Below are positions 50,828 through 62,858 of a stretch of 64,000 nt of DNA, piece after piece. Every line of letters begins with the position of its first letter. Position 1 is the first letter of the stretch. Source of the stretch: Histomonas meleagridis 2922-C6/04-290x (Eukaryota > Protista > Parabasalia); assembly GCA_020184695.1 (NCBI GenBank), contig JAANOX010000045.1, forward strand, positions 1 to 64,000. The letters run 5' to 3'. Both the position numbers and the translations under genes were made by a program. Under the pieces are notes generated by a model that did not search any database, had not been told where the DNA came from, and worked only from the letters and a program-made list of their open reading frames with translations.

Positions 50828-53806
50828 ATGTTTCATCTTTTGCTTTTTTTCACATGTTCACTAGATTTAATAAATGAAGAATGCGATTTTAAGTGTTGGA
50901 TTAGGAAGTTAAATATCACAATTGATGAAATTCATACAAATTTTTCAAAATCATTTTTAGGAATTGATTTTGGATTTAATTTTACTGTTCAAGATCTTCT
51001 TATTAACAACCTTGATCTTACTGATATAAAGGCTACATTCACACCTGATCCTCAAAAAGTTGAAACAGGAATAATAATCAATTTTGTTATTTCAGCCGAA
51101 GCAAGAGGTAAAATCAAACTTAATCAAACTAAAGGCGGTGACTTCAATGAAGCCGGAACTTTTGATGCCATAGCAAAAGATACATCTATACAATTAGGAT
51201 TCGAATTTAATAAAGGTCCTGATGGCCTTATAGAAAATGTTACATCAATTTCTGATACATGTAATATTAAAATCGGTGATTTACAAGCAGACATTCATAT
51301 TAGCACAGAGGAATTTCTTGAATGGTTAATACAACTTCTGAAAGATATAATTATTGATATTCTTAAAGAAAACATTAGTTCTATTGTATGTAAAATGGCA
51401 CCCACAGCCATAAGCGAAGCAATAACTAAAGTGTTTAACATGACTAACAAAATAATTCGTCCATTTCTTAAAGAAACAAAACCAATTACTATACCAATAG
51501 GAACAAATATGTATGATTTACGTAATTCGCCAATAATTAATACATTACGTTTTGTTTTAGTTAAATTAATGGGAATGAATGGTCCATTAAATTTAAATGC
51601 TTTAATGAACAAGTTTTCATATAATACCGGTTTTATATCAACGTCACAACTTATAAAACAATTTGGTATAGACATGCCTTTTAAATTTTCAATTCCATTA
51701 CAACCATTAAGTTCTTTAATTAATGTTTCGATTAATGAACTTAATTTTTCCGGAATGAATACATGGAATGAATTCAATTTCTTCGATCCTATTGATGCTT
51801 ATACACTTGATTCCAATACAGGAATGAATGAATTAGGAATTAATCTTAGTTTTACGTTAAACGTAAGTGCTAATGGTTCATTTATAAGTACCGGTGATAT
51901 TTATTTATCTGAAACAGCTGATCTTGATATGATATTATTAAATAATTCATTGAACATGAGACTTCAACTTGCTTCACCTAAAGGTGCAGGTATTAACTAT
52001 ACTAATTCTCAATGTATGAATGTAAATTGTATAAAGAATTTAATTTCTTCAAAAGGAACAGGCTCAACATATTTGAATTTTATCACATCAATTCAGAAAA
52101 TTGGATTAGTTGCTACGAAACAAGATATTGAAGTTAAAATTAGAGAATTTATTAATAATATTATTAAATTATTTATAGAAAATTATAGAGGAATTATTCC
52201 ATTATTTTTAAATTCTTATATTAATACATATGTATTAAAAATTGTTAATAATAAACTTAATAATTTATTATTAAGTGATAATAGTTGTCCAAATTTAATT
52301 GATCCTCCTTATAATGAATTTGTTGCTTGGACAACTTTATTATCTATAGGTATTAGTGTTGTAATAATTATTATTATGTTAATTGTTGTTTTAATTATTG
52401 AAAAGAATAAACCAAAAAGAAAACTTGATTCAAGTTTAATGATAACATTAAATGATAATGAAAATAATAATGTTAATATTAACGAAGAAATTATTAAAGA
52501 ACAAAGCTTATTAATGTCTTCACGTTTACCATTATTTGTTAGAATATTAATGCCATTTTTAATATTAATGAATGTCTCATTATTTGTTTCTGCTAATACA
52601 GGAATTGGCGCATCAGTATTTATAAAATTTTCTATTGGTGAAAAAATTATTTCATTACCATCAATGTTTGATTTTGGTTTAATTAATTCTATTGTCGATA
52701 TGTGGAAAGCTAAAGCTTATGCATTATCTATACTTGTTGCTATAATGTCATGTGCTTGGCCATATATCAAACTTGTTATGATGTTATTAATTTGGGTTTT
52801 GCCAACGAAAATATTAAGTAAAAAACTTAGAGAAAGTTTTTTGAAATTACTTGATGCGTTAGGTAAATGGTCATTATTAGATTCATACGTAATGATATTA
52901 ATGTTAGTGGCATTTAATTTAAAAATTAATATACCAAAGGTTAATCCAGATGTTAAAGAAGATTTAAATATATTTTTATGGGTTTATCCTGCATATGGAT
53001 TTATTGCATTAATGATTGGCACATTATTTTCATTATTACTTTCTCATATAATTTTAGCTATTGATAGATATGTTGACAATTCAATGAATGAATTAAATCA
53101 TAAAAATGAAGAGAAAACCAACTTATTCAAACTTTGTAAAAATAATGTTTTAAGATGGTTCACAACAATTATGTTATTTGGTGTCTTTTTTGCTATAATT
53201 GCGGGAATTTATTTCAAGTCATTTTCATTTAATTTCGTGGGATTATTAGGTTGGGCAATGACATTAATACCAATACCTAATTATAATGAATATTCAGTAT
53301 TAAACTTAGCCATCGATTTACCAGAAGCTGCAGAATATCCGAATTCTTTTGGCGTTCGATTTACTCAAGTTTTATATATTATTATAACTATTGTTATGCC
53401 AATGGTTCATATTATTTCAATGATCGTCTTATGGTTAGTACCTTTTAAGTATAAAATCCAAAAAGGCTTATATAAGGCGTGCGAAGTAATGTATGCTTGG
53501 AGTTGTTTGGACGTGTTCGTGATAGGAGTAATAGCAGCAGTGCTTGAAATATCACAATTCGCTCAATTTATGGTCGGCGATAAATGCGAATTGATCGACC
53601 CAATTATACAAAAATATTTTAACGAAGAAAATTATATTAAAGGTCACGAAAAATGTTTTGACGTAGTTACAGTTTTATTAAAAGGTTCATATATTATGAT
53701 CGCAGCCGCTCTAGTCCATGATTTAATAACAATTGTGGTAAATTTGGTGGCGAGAAAAGCACTGGAAACAAAAAACGAAGAAGAAAAAGAGTATAACAAT
53801 GTGTAA
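50828..53806 (+). CDS. Signal-peptide, multi-pass membrane protein with a large luminal N-domain and two PqiA (paraquat-inducible A)-like domains
   Basis: Hydrophobic N-terminus. SIVDMWKAKAYALSILVAIMSCAWPYIKL…LGKWSLLDSYV and …IVMPMVHII…AWSCLDVFV match the PqiA pattern (P..K…W…D(V/I)F) twice. Confidence 0.7.
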   Translation: MFHLLLFFTCSLDLINEECDFKCWIRKLNITIDEIHTNFSKSFLGIDFGFNFTVQDLLINNLDLTDIKATFTPDPQKVETGIIINFVISAEARGKIKLNQTKGGDFNEAGTFDAIAKDTSIQLGFEFNKGPDGLIENVTSISDTCNIKIGDLQADIHISTEEFLEWLIQLLKDIIIDILKENISSIVCKMAPTAISEAITKVFNMTNKIIRPFLKETKPITIPIGTNMYDLRNSPIINTLRFVLVKLMGMNGPLNLNALMNKFSYNTGFISTSQLIKQFGIDMPFKFSIPLQPLSSLINVSINELNFSGMNTWNEFNFFDPIDAYTLDSNTGMNELGINLSFTLNVSANGSFISTGDIYLSETADLDMILLNNSLNMRLQLASPKGAGINYTNSQCMNVNCIKNLISSKGTGSTYLNFITSIQKIGLVATKQDIEVKIREFINNIIKLFIENYRGIIPLFLNSYINTYVLKIVNNKLNNLLLSDNSCPNLIDPPYNEFVAWTTLLSIGISVVIIIIMLIVVLIIEKNKPKRKLDSSLMITLNDNENNNVNINEEIIKEQSLLMSSRLPLFVRILMPFLILMNVSLFVSANTGIGASVFIKFSIGEKIISLPSMFDFGLINSIVDMWKAKAYALSILVAIMSCAWPYIKLVMMLLIWVLPTKILSKKLRESFLKLLDALGKWSLLDSYVMILMLVAFNLKINIPKVNPDVKEDLNIFLWVYPAYGFIALMIGTLFSLLLSHIILAIDRYVDNSMNELNHKNEEKTNLFKLCKNNVLRWFTTIMLFGVFFAIIAGIYFKSFSFNFVGLLGWAMTLIPIPNYNEYSVLNLAIDLPEAAEYPNSFGVRFTQVLYIIITIVMPMVHIISMIVLWLVPFKYKIQKGLYKACEVMYAWSCLDVFVIGVIAAVLEISQFAQFMVGDKCELIDPIIQKYFNEENYIKGHEKCFDVVTVLLKGSYIMIAAALVHDLITIVVNLVARKALETKNEEEKEYNNV

Positions 53807-54210
53807 AGTTAATAAAATTTCTATCCTTAAGATTATATTTTTTATGCACTAAAATATTATAAAATAAGTTAATGCGATATATATATATATATATAACTTT
53901 TACATAAATGCAATAAAATACAAAAACTTAAAATTCTTTCAAAAAAGATCCTCATTGGCAAATATAGGTTGTAAAATCTTAACAATGATCATTTAATTTG
54001 GTTTATTTCGTACACGAGTTGATATAATTAAAAGAAAAATATGTATGAGAATTTTTTTGTAAACTATACAATATTTATTTGTATTTACAAATACGTTAAT
54101 TTCTATCGTAGTGGTGAAAATTCTGTGAAACGAAGATCAAAATCATATGAAAAAGTCATCATAAATACTATCGTGCTTCACATGTTTGTTGCTGGAAATC
54201 AAATTATTTT

Positions 54211-55173
54211 TTATTTTTCTCTGATATAAAGGAACACAGAAAAAGTAATTATTATTAGAGAAACTAAAGTGGCAAAAAATATATAAATTACTCTTTTCTT
54301 AAATTCAGTAATCTTTTTTGAAAACAAAATAATGCCAAAAGATAAGCCGAATAAAAAGCCAGTAACATATCCCAAGTTTCCGTCAGCTGATTGAGTAACA
54401 TATAAAATTAACATTCCAATGATAAACATTATCAAAAATAACATTCCAATTCTATGCCTCCAAATTAAGTTCGAGAAACTAAAGAAGTATGTAATTAAAA
54501 ATACACCAAAAATACCAAATATTCCAAACCCAGAGCCGACTACAACTAAATCATGTCGAATAGAAATAATACATAGCGACCCGATAATACTAGATATAAT
54601 AAATGCTGGGAAAAACTTCAAAAATGTCCATGATTTTTCCATGCCAAATAAAAAAAACATTTCAATTAAAATTGTGATGATAAAATGTGGAAGTGAGCTA
54701 TGTAAAAATATACAACTAAGAAAGCGCCAATACTGATTTTCCTTCCTAACTTTTGAGAAAGAAAGGGCTCCATAAGAAATTAATGTTTTTTCATCAATAA
54801 TATAGTCTTGAAGTGGAGTGATATCTTTGGTTTTGGTAAGAAAAAACATAACTACTTGGGCTATTATTTGCCATATGACGAAAGATAAAAACATTTTCTT
54901 AAAATCATTCCTTCGAATTGGTGAACAACATGGCCCAACAAGAAGAGGACAACATGGATTTATTATCGTATCAGAAGGAGTGATCATTTTTTGATTTTCT
55001 GTGTTAGTTGACCAAAAATTATTGCAAAGATCTGGTGGGATGTTGAGAAATTCATTTGATATTGAATCAAGTTGATTTACATTGACAGCAAAGCGTGTAG
55101 TTCGAAAATCTAGAAAAGGAACGTCTGCTGCTGAAACTTCAGCCATTTGTTTGTGAAAAAAATTTTTCTCCAA
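54211..55173 (-). CDS. Rhomboid-family membrane protein, probably catalytically inactive
   Basis: QYWRFLSCIFLHSSLPH L1-loop motif. The GxSG motif reads VGSGFG, and the TM6 His position appears as Tyr (NLGYVTG). Confidence 0.75.
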   Translation of the reverse strand: MEKNFFHKQMAEVSAADVPFLDFRTTRFAVNVNQLDSISNEFLNIPPDLCNNFWSTNTENQKMITPSDTIINPCCPLLVGPCCSPIRRNDFKKMFLSFVIWQIIAQVVMFFLTKTKDITPLQDYIIDEKTLISYGALSFSKVRKENQYWRFLSCIFLHSSLPHFIITILIEMFFLFGMEKSWTFLKFFPAFIISSIIGSLCIISIRHDLVVVGSGFGIFGIFGVFLITYFFSFSNLIWRHRIGMLFLIMFIIGMLILYVTQSADGNLGYVTGFLFGLSFGIILFSKKITEFKKRVIYIFFATLVSLIIITFSVFLYIREK

Positions 55174-55909
55174 TCCACTTTTTAAATTAAAAACAATCGG
55201 TCAGGAGGGTGCACTTGCTTTAGTTTTCAAAAATCATCTGGCGTTTTCATTTCAATTTTTTATCTATTTACTGAACAACAATTATTGATTCGCATAAATT
55301 GTTAAATTAATTATATATAATCATATGATAATACTTTCAGCAATGTATTATTAATAAATTGAAGTTATTTTATAAATTATGCAATATTTTTATCATGGTA
55401 TTTTTACCTGATATCAGAAATATCAACTTTTCTATCAACATTGTTCATTTTGATGCTTAAGCATCGAAACATTTGTTAAAGACACCAATACTTTGTATTA
55501 ACGGTGACAAAGCCATTTTTTTCATTATCATCAAATATCATGTCAAATTCGACTTTGTTCAATTTAAATTGAATAATCAATTAATTTACATAAATTACTC
55601 AATTTTTCGAAAAATTGTTGATTCGATTTTCCTTGAACTTATTTAATCTTTCAATACATTCGCCTGAAGGAAATGTTATGTTCTTAAAAGCTTGCTTTTC
55701 ATTGTAAAGTATTTAAAATCAACCCAAAAAATTTGATCATCACAATACCATTCAAAACAAGATTAAATATGATATAATCGTTTTTGGTTCACATTTTGCC
55801 TGTAATAATTCAATTTTTTAAAAATAATCATTGGTGTTTGACAAATGACTACTATACATATTCAATTACTGGGAAGATTTGACAATTTTTCCACCAGATA
55901 TTCAAAGCA

Positions 55910-58900
55910 TTGAATGAAATCAATGATTTATTTGATATAATCTATTCCCAAAGCAAAACAAGAAAGATCATTCTGAATATGCACCATCCTCTGCTACTCA
56001 TAAATCTATTTACCAGCACTCCACGAGTAGCTTCAAACATGTTGTTTGACAGTAATATCATTCATAATAATTTCAGATATATTTTCTCAAAATTATTTGG
56101 AAAATGCAAAAAATCACTAAATTTTTTGCATAAAACAATGTGTAGTTATTTTTCTATTCATAATTTCTTTAGTTTCTATATTTATGTTTTAATTCAATAT
56201 ATGCTTGATCTTTTCAAATGTGATTCACGTCTAAACTACTCAGCTTTGTCTTTAAAGGCAATGCCTAAGGATATGCTTTACCAAAATTCAGCATGTTTTT
56301 TTAATATCCCCATTTTTAGTCATGGATTTTATTTTTATGAATTCATCCGTTCAAAATTTAAATATCCTTGTTCATATTTATGGGGGTCTTTATTTTTTTC
56401 GAAAATTATTTCTTTGAATTTGTTTCTTATTTTTACTTTATTTTTCATAAAGAAGATAAATAATTCAACAAATTTATTTTTTAAATGTATTCATAAGAAA
56501 GCAAAATCAAAACATTCTAATCTTTCTATTTTGTTTATATTTTTCTTTACTCAAACATTTGAAACATATGATTCTATAAATAGAACACTTAATATATCTG
56601 ATTCTAATGAATTTAATAATAAGGACACATATAAAAGTCAAGCATTTCACCTTATAATTTATGATGGAGTTGAAAATATTCCATCTCGAAGTTTCTATGA
56701 TTGGAATTTATTACAATCAGTTGAAATTGGTGATTTAGTCACTTCAATCGGAAGTTATGCATTTGGTTCTTGTGATAATTTAAAAACAGTTTTGATGGGA
56801 GATAAAGTGGAAACAATCGAATCTAATGCATTTAGAGAATGTAAATCATTAGTATCTATCAAAATTGGTAAAAATGTAACTAAAATCGAAGATTGGGCAT
56901 TTTATTATTGCAATTCATTAAAAAACATTATAATTCCAGATTCAGTTATATCGATTGGAAGTTATGCATTTAGAACATGTTCTAAATTAGAAAATGTTAA
57001 CTTCTCGGATTCAATCAAATCAATTGGAAACAATGCATTTCAATCATGTTCTTCGTTAAAAATTATTTATATTCCAGAATCGGTTGAATCAATTGGTACA
57101 GGCGTTTTTGCTGGATGTAAACTTCTTCAATTTATTAATGTATCTGAGAAAAACATTTATTATTCTGCTGGAAATAATGGAATTCTTTATAACAAAAATC
57201 ATTCTTCAATTTTATTTTATCCTGTAATAAGTTCAAATAAAACATTTGAAATTCCGAATACTGTTACAACAATTGAAGGTTATGCATTTTATTCATGTAC
57301 ATCATTAATAGATGTTATTATTCCGAATTCAGTCACAATAATTAAAGATTATGCATTTTATTCATGTTCTAAATTAGAAAACATTATTATTCCAGAATCA
57401 GTAATATCAATTGGAAATTATATATTTCAATTATGTTCGAAATTAGAAAATATTATCATTGGAGAAAATGTAACAACTATTGGAACTCAAGCATTTTATT
57501 CATGTTCTTCATTGAAAAATATTACAATACCAAAATCAGTTACTTCAATTGGACAAAATGTTTTTGTTCAATGTAAACTTCTTCAATTTATTAAAGTATC
57601 TGAAGGAAACACTGTTTATTCCAATTATGACAACAATGAAGTTCTTTATAATAAAGATATCACTACCATTATATGTTATCCAGCAGGAAATTCTAAAACA
57701 ACATTTGAAATTCCTGACTCGATAACAAATATCCAAAATTATGCATTTTATTATTGCTCTTCTTTAGAAAATATTGTAATTCCAGAATCAGTTACATTTA
57801 TTGGATCTTATGCATTTCGTGGATGCTCTTCATTAGTCAAAATAACCATTCCAAATAATATTAAAATAATTAACAGCTATTTATTTTATCAATGTTCATC
57901 ATTAACTAATGTCATAATTCCAAATACAATTACTTCAATAGGATCGTATACGTTTCATTCATGTTCATCATTAATTAATTTTTCGATTCCAAACTCAGTA
58001 AGTACAATTGAATCTTCAGTATTTGAATCATGTTCATCATTAACTAATGTAACAATTCCAAATAAAATTACAACAATTAGATCGTCAGCATTTCGCTCAT
58101 GCTCAAATTTAACCAATATAGTAATTCCAGAATCAGTAAAATCAATTGAATCTTTCGCATTTTATTCGTGTTCATCATTGGTTAACATAACAATTTCATG
58201 TTCACTTCAAACGATTTCTGATTCTTTATTTTATTCATGTTCATCTTTAATTAATATAACAATACCAAATACAGTAAAATCAATTGGTATTTCTTCATTT
58301 CGTCTTTGCTCTAACTTAATAAATATAACAATTCCAGATTCAGTGACATCAATTGGCAACTATGCATTCGCTCAGTGTTCATCATTAAACAATATAACAA
58401 TACCAAATTCAGTAACATTAATTGGATCTTCTGTATTTGATTCATGTTCATTATTAAATTATATAACACTTCCTGATTCAGTTTCAACAATTTCAAATTC
58501 TTTATTTTATTCATGTACATCATTAATTAATTTTAGAATTCCAGATACAATAACATTGATTGAACCTTTTGCATTTGCCGAGTGCACATCTTTAACTAAT
58601 ATAACAATCCCTAATTCAATTACATCAATATCTGATTATTTATTCTATTCATGTACATCATTAATTAATTTTATAATTCCAAATACAATAACATCAATTG
58701 GTAATTTTGCATTTGCCGAGTGCACATCATTAATTAATATAACAATCCCTAATTCAATTACATCAATATCTGATTCTTTATTTTATTCATGTACATCATT
58801 AATTGATATAATTCTTCCAAATACAATAACATCAATTGGTGATAATGCATTTGATTCATGTTCAAACTTAACAAACATAATAATCCCGGATTCAGTCACA

Positions 58901-60346
58901 TCAACAGGTTACTATGCATTTAGTACATGTTTATCATTAATTAATATAACGATTCCAAATAATTTAACATCAATTGGTGGTGCTATGTTTTATTCATGCA
59001 CATCATTGATCAATATAACATTTCCCGATTCAATTACATTAATTCCTGCTTTTATGTTTCATACATGTACATCATTAGACAATATAACAATTCCAAATAC
59101 AGTAACAGAAATTGGTAATTCTGCATTTCGTTCATGTTATAGTTTAACCAATATAATAATTCCAAATACAGTAACATTAATTGATGATTCTGCATTTCGT
59201 TCATGTGAATCATTTAAGAAATTTATCCTTCCATTTTCAATAAGTGAGATTGAAAATTATTTATTTGATGAATGTTATAACTTAGAAACAGTAATATTAA
59301 GTGATAATATATCATATATTGGTAATTATGCATTTCAACAATGTTCATCATTACAAAATATGACAATACCAAATTTGGTAGATACAATTGGTAATTATGC
59401 ATTTCAATCATGTGCATCTTTAACAAATATAACGATTCCAGATTCAGTAACTAGAATCGGAGGATATTCATTTAGATATTGCACAAATATGAAAACAGTT
59501 ATAATTGGTAAAAATGTGACAAGTATTTTAAGATTTGCATTTCAAAGCTGCACGAATCTCACATGTATTTATTTTACAGGTTTTGCACAACCAACAATAC
59601 AAGTGAACGCATTTGGTAATGTACAAGCAGAATATGTTATGACATCAGTTTTATATCAAGATGAAACATTTGGTCCATTAAATGTTTCAAAGGGATCATA
59701 TGTTGATGAATGTAATCAATATTATTTCCCAACACATTCATTTAGTGAATCTAATTCATTTTCAAATACTTTTACAAGGTCAAATACATTTACTAAATCA
59801 AATTCATTTTCCAATACATTTTCAAATACTTTTACTGAATCAAATTCATTTACAATTTCATTATCATTCGGAATGACATTTATAAATACAATAACATTTG
59901 GAAAAACGATCACAAAAACTATTATCCAAAAATCGATATTTTATAGCACTATTACAATTTCTATGATTAATTCATTATATTCATATATTGAAACTGTTTT
60001 AATTTCATATGAATATACTGCTGCTCCATATCTTTCTTATATTACATATTATTCAGGTTTTTATACAATTATTTCACAAGATGAACCCAATAATAATAAT
60101 GATATGAATATCACACAAATTATTATCATTATCGTTTGTGTTTTTGTTATAGTTATTATAATTATAATTATATTTTTTATTATATATAAACGTAATCAAA
60201 ACAAAGAAAGTTCGATAGAAAATGTAATTGATGCAAATGATAAAAACAATGATTTATCGATGAATAATGTCATTGATTTTTCAAATATTGACGAAGATCC
60301 ATTTGCGAAAGATTTCAAAGAAGAAAATTTCATTCGAAATATTTAA
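55910..60346 (+). CDS. BspA-like (TpLRR) surface protein: many LRRs, Ser/Thr/Asn-rich stalk, TM helix, acidic tail
   Basis: Repeated IPxSVTxIGxxAFxxCxSL units; SNSF/SNTFT stalk; IIIIIVCVFVIVIIIIIIFFII TM; tail ending EDPFAKDFKEE. The start codon is uncertain. Confidence 0.92.
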   Translation: MNEINDLFDIIYSQSKTRKIILNMHHPLLLINLFTSTPRVASNMLFDSNIIHNNFRYIFSKLFGKCKKSLNFLHKTMCSYFSIHNFFSFYIYVLIQYMLDLFKCDSRLNYSALSLKAMPKDMLYQNSACFFNIPIFSHGFYFYEFIRSKFKYPCSYLWGSLFFSKIISLNLFLIFTLFFIKKINNSTNLFFKCIHKKAKSKHSNLSILFIFFFTQTFETYDSINRTLNISDSNEFNNKDTYKSQAFHLIIYDGVENIPSRSFYDWNLLQSVEIGDLVTSIGSYAFGSCDNLKTVLMGDKVETIESNAFRECKSLVSIKIGKNVTKIEDWAFYYCNSLKNIIIPDSVISIGSYAFRTCSKLENVNFSDSIKSIGNNAFQSCSSLKIIYIPESVESIGTGVFAGCKLLQFINVSEKNIYYSAGNNGILYNKNHSSILFYPVISSNKTFEIPNTVTTIEGYAFYSCTSLIDVIIPNSVTIIKDYAFYSCSKLENIIIPESVISIGNYIFQLCSKLENIIIGENVTTIGTQAFYSCSSLKNITIPKSVTSIGQNVFVQCKLLQFIKVSEGNTVYSNYDNNEVLYNKDITTIICYPAGNSKTTFEIPDSITNIQNYAFYYCSSLENIVIPESVTFIGSYAFRGCSSLVKITIPNNIKIINSYLFYQCSSLTNVIIPNTITSIGSYTFHSCSSLINFSIPNSVSTIESSVFESCSSLTNVTIPNKITTIRSSAFRSCSNLTNIVIPESVKSIESFAFYSCSSLVNITISCSLQTISDSLFYSCSSLINITIPNTVKSIGISSFRLCSNLINITIPDSVTSIGNYAFAQCSSLNNITIPNSVTLIGSSVFDSCSLLNYITLPDSVSTISNSLFYSCTSLINFRIPDTITLIEPFAFAECTSLTNITIPNSITSISDYLFYSCTSLINFIIPNTITSIGNFAFAECTSLINITIPNSITSISDSLFYSCTSLIDIILPNTITSIGDNAFDSCSNLTNIIIPDSVTSTGYYAFSTCLSLINITIPNNLTSIGGAMFYSCTSLINITFPDSITLIPAFMFHTCTSLDNITIPNTVTEIGNSAFRSCYSLTNIIIPNTVTLIDDSAFRSCESFKKFILPFSISEIENYLFDECYNLETVILSDNISYIGNYAFQQCSSLQNMTIPNLVDTIGNYAFQSCASLTNITIPDSVTRIGGYSFRYCTNMKTVIIGKNVTSILRFAFQSCTNLTCIYFTGFAQPTIQVNAFGNVQAEYVMTSVLYQDETFGPLNVSKGSYVDECNQYYFPTHSFSESNSFSNTFTRSNTFTKSNSFSNTFSNTFTESNSFTISLSFGMTFINTITFGKTITKTIIQKSIFYSTITISMINSLYSYIETVLISYEYTAAPYLSYITYYSGFYTIISQDEPNNNNDMNITQIIIIIVCVFVIVIIIIIIFFIIYKRNQNKESSIENVIDANDKNNDLSMNNVIDFSNIDEDPFAKDFKEENFIRNI

Positions 60347-60937
60347 ATATTTCCAATTTTTTTGTGTTAACATCATGTAATAAACGAAAACATTATTTTT
60401 TGATATTTTTTTTCAATATGATTGTTTAATGGTTTTTGAATATGAACTTGTTCGATTTTTAATCAAGCTTGAGAAAAATTCAATAATATTTTTGTTTCCA
60501 ATTCCTAATATTTAATAATTTGGTACATATAAAGAATTATTTAATTTTATCTTTTTACTACAACAATTATTGTTTCGCATAAATCATTTTGATATTTAAT
60601 CAAAATATGATAAAACTTATTGAAATGTATGTTAAATATAGTTGACTTTCAAATAAGCGAAATTAAATGTTATTTGCTTTGGTACAGTGTCAATTTTAAT
60701 TTTATTGTTATTTATATTTTAAAATTATTTATTCTTATTTATATTATGCACTTATGTTGTCACTCATGCCTGATATTTCGACTGTAAAAGATGCTTGAAA
60801 TAAACATCATCATAAACACTTACTCTTTTCATGTTCCTTGTTATTAACTTCAGAAACCGTTTATCTAAAACCGTTTTTGTTTTTCTGTAACTGTAACAAA
60901 ACGGCTGTTTATACAATTTGATCGTATCATTGAAATA

Positions 60938-62683
60938 TTGAAAAGTACACAAATAAAAAAGTTCAAAAACTTTCCCTTGATCTCGTTGGAAATTACACAA
61001 AATACCAGATTTCAAGCATTATCCCAGCTTTTTATTCTAAAAATTAATCAAACGTATAAAGGTTATCTTGCAATGCTTGCTAACAATAGCATTCTAAACA
61101 AGATAAACTTTTTGTTTCTTAAAAATTTATTTGACAAATTTTGTGAAACATTATGCGAAGGCAATTCATATTTTTTCAACCAAATCATTTTATTACTTTT
61201 TATTTTTTGTTTACTCAAATCATTAAATCATTTTATAAATATCATAATTCAAAGCGTTCATAATAAATTTAAGATTAATAATCATTTTGTTCCAATTTTG
61301 TTTGTTTTCTTCATTGCACATTCTTTTGAACTATTTGATACAACGAATAATACACTTACAATTACTAATTCTGAAGAATTTAACAATATGTATACCTATA
61401 AAAATGATGCAGAGCATCTTATAATTAAAGATGGTGTTGACATTATATCTGAAGATGCATTTGAAAATTGGCTTTCATTAGTCACAGTTGAAATTGGGAA
61501 TTGTGTAACAGAAATTGGTGAAAATTCATTTTTATAATTGTAATAAAATCAAACATATTTATATTGGAGAAAATGTTGCTAAAATCGATTCTTTTGCATT
61601 TCAATATTGTACTTCACTTGAAAATATTACAATTCCAAAATCAGTTACTACAATTAATGCGAATCCTTTTACGGGATGTTCAGCACTTCAATTTATTAAA
61701 GTTTCAGAAGAAAATGAATATATTTTTCGAATTATGCAGAAGATGGCGTTCTTTATGACAAAAACATCACTAAACTTATCAGTTATCCCATTGGTAAAGC
61801 AGATAATTCATATAATATTCCATCCACAATTACAGCGATTGAAAATTTTGCATTTTATTCATGTTCAAATATTCAGTGTCTTTATTTTTATGGTAACAAA
61901 TCGCCATCTGTCGCTGGTATGGGATTCGATGAGTTTAACCTTGCGTCAGGTAAAGTTATGGTGCTAACAACATATGAAAATAAAACATTTGGTTCTTTTA
62001 AAGTTAGCAAAGGAACACCTGCTGAAGGGTGTGCTCCAATGAGAACATATACATTTTCTCAAACAAATACATTTACGCAATCTGATTCATTTTCACCATC
62101 ACATTCATTTTCACCATCACATTCATTCAATCAATCAAATACATTTTCGCGATCAAACACATTTTCACAATCAAATACATTATCAAATATGTATATTCAA
62201 TATACAAATACAAATTCAATTAAATCTTGTACATTGACGCACTCTTTTCTTCTAACTTATACGTATTCAATAACAGAAACAATTACAATAAAAACATTTT
62301 TATCCAAAACACAATTAATTTCATCTACAGAAACAGAATTTATTTATTATGAATATACGAATGTTATGCATTATACTCTTTTAAGTTTTTATTCAGGCAC
62401 ATTTTTAGTATATCAAAACCAAAGCGAATCAGAACACAACAATAAATTCAACATTTACATCATAATTTTCCCTATTATTGCAGCAATCGTAATAATATTA
62501 ATAATTATCATTATATTAATACGTATTCAACATAATAAACGAATTAAAGAAGAAGAGTCTGTTGATGTTATTTGTAATGAGAATGAAAATAACGATTTTT
62601 CGATTGAATTTTCCAGTAAAATCACAGAAGAAGATCCATTTGCGAAAGATTTTAGTGAGGATAATGCTATCATTAAAATATGA
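60938..62683 (+). pseudogene. Second, shorter BspA-like paralogue split by several frameshifts
   Basis: ORFs 60938-61537, 61515-61967 and 61919-62683 carry consecutive LRR, stalk, TM and EEDPFAKDF segments homologous to 55910-60346. Confidence 0.75.
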
Positions 62684-62858
62684 AAAAATCTTTCAATTAC
62701 TTTTTTAAATAAACTGTGTTTGTTTGGAAATTTTTCAAATTTGAATTATTATATATCTGATTTTGTTTTTAATTTTTATTTCAAATTTAACAAACGAACC
62801 TGATTCAAAAAATGAATTGCGATGGTGAATGGTTCGAGTAACATTACCAATGATTTAT

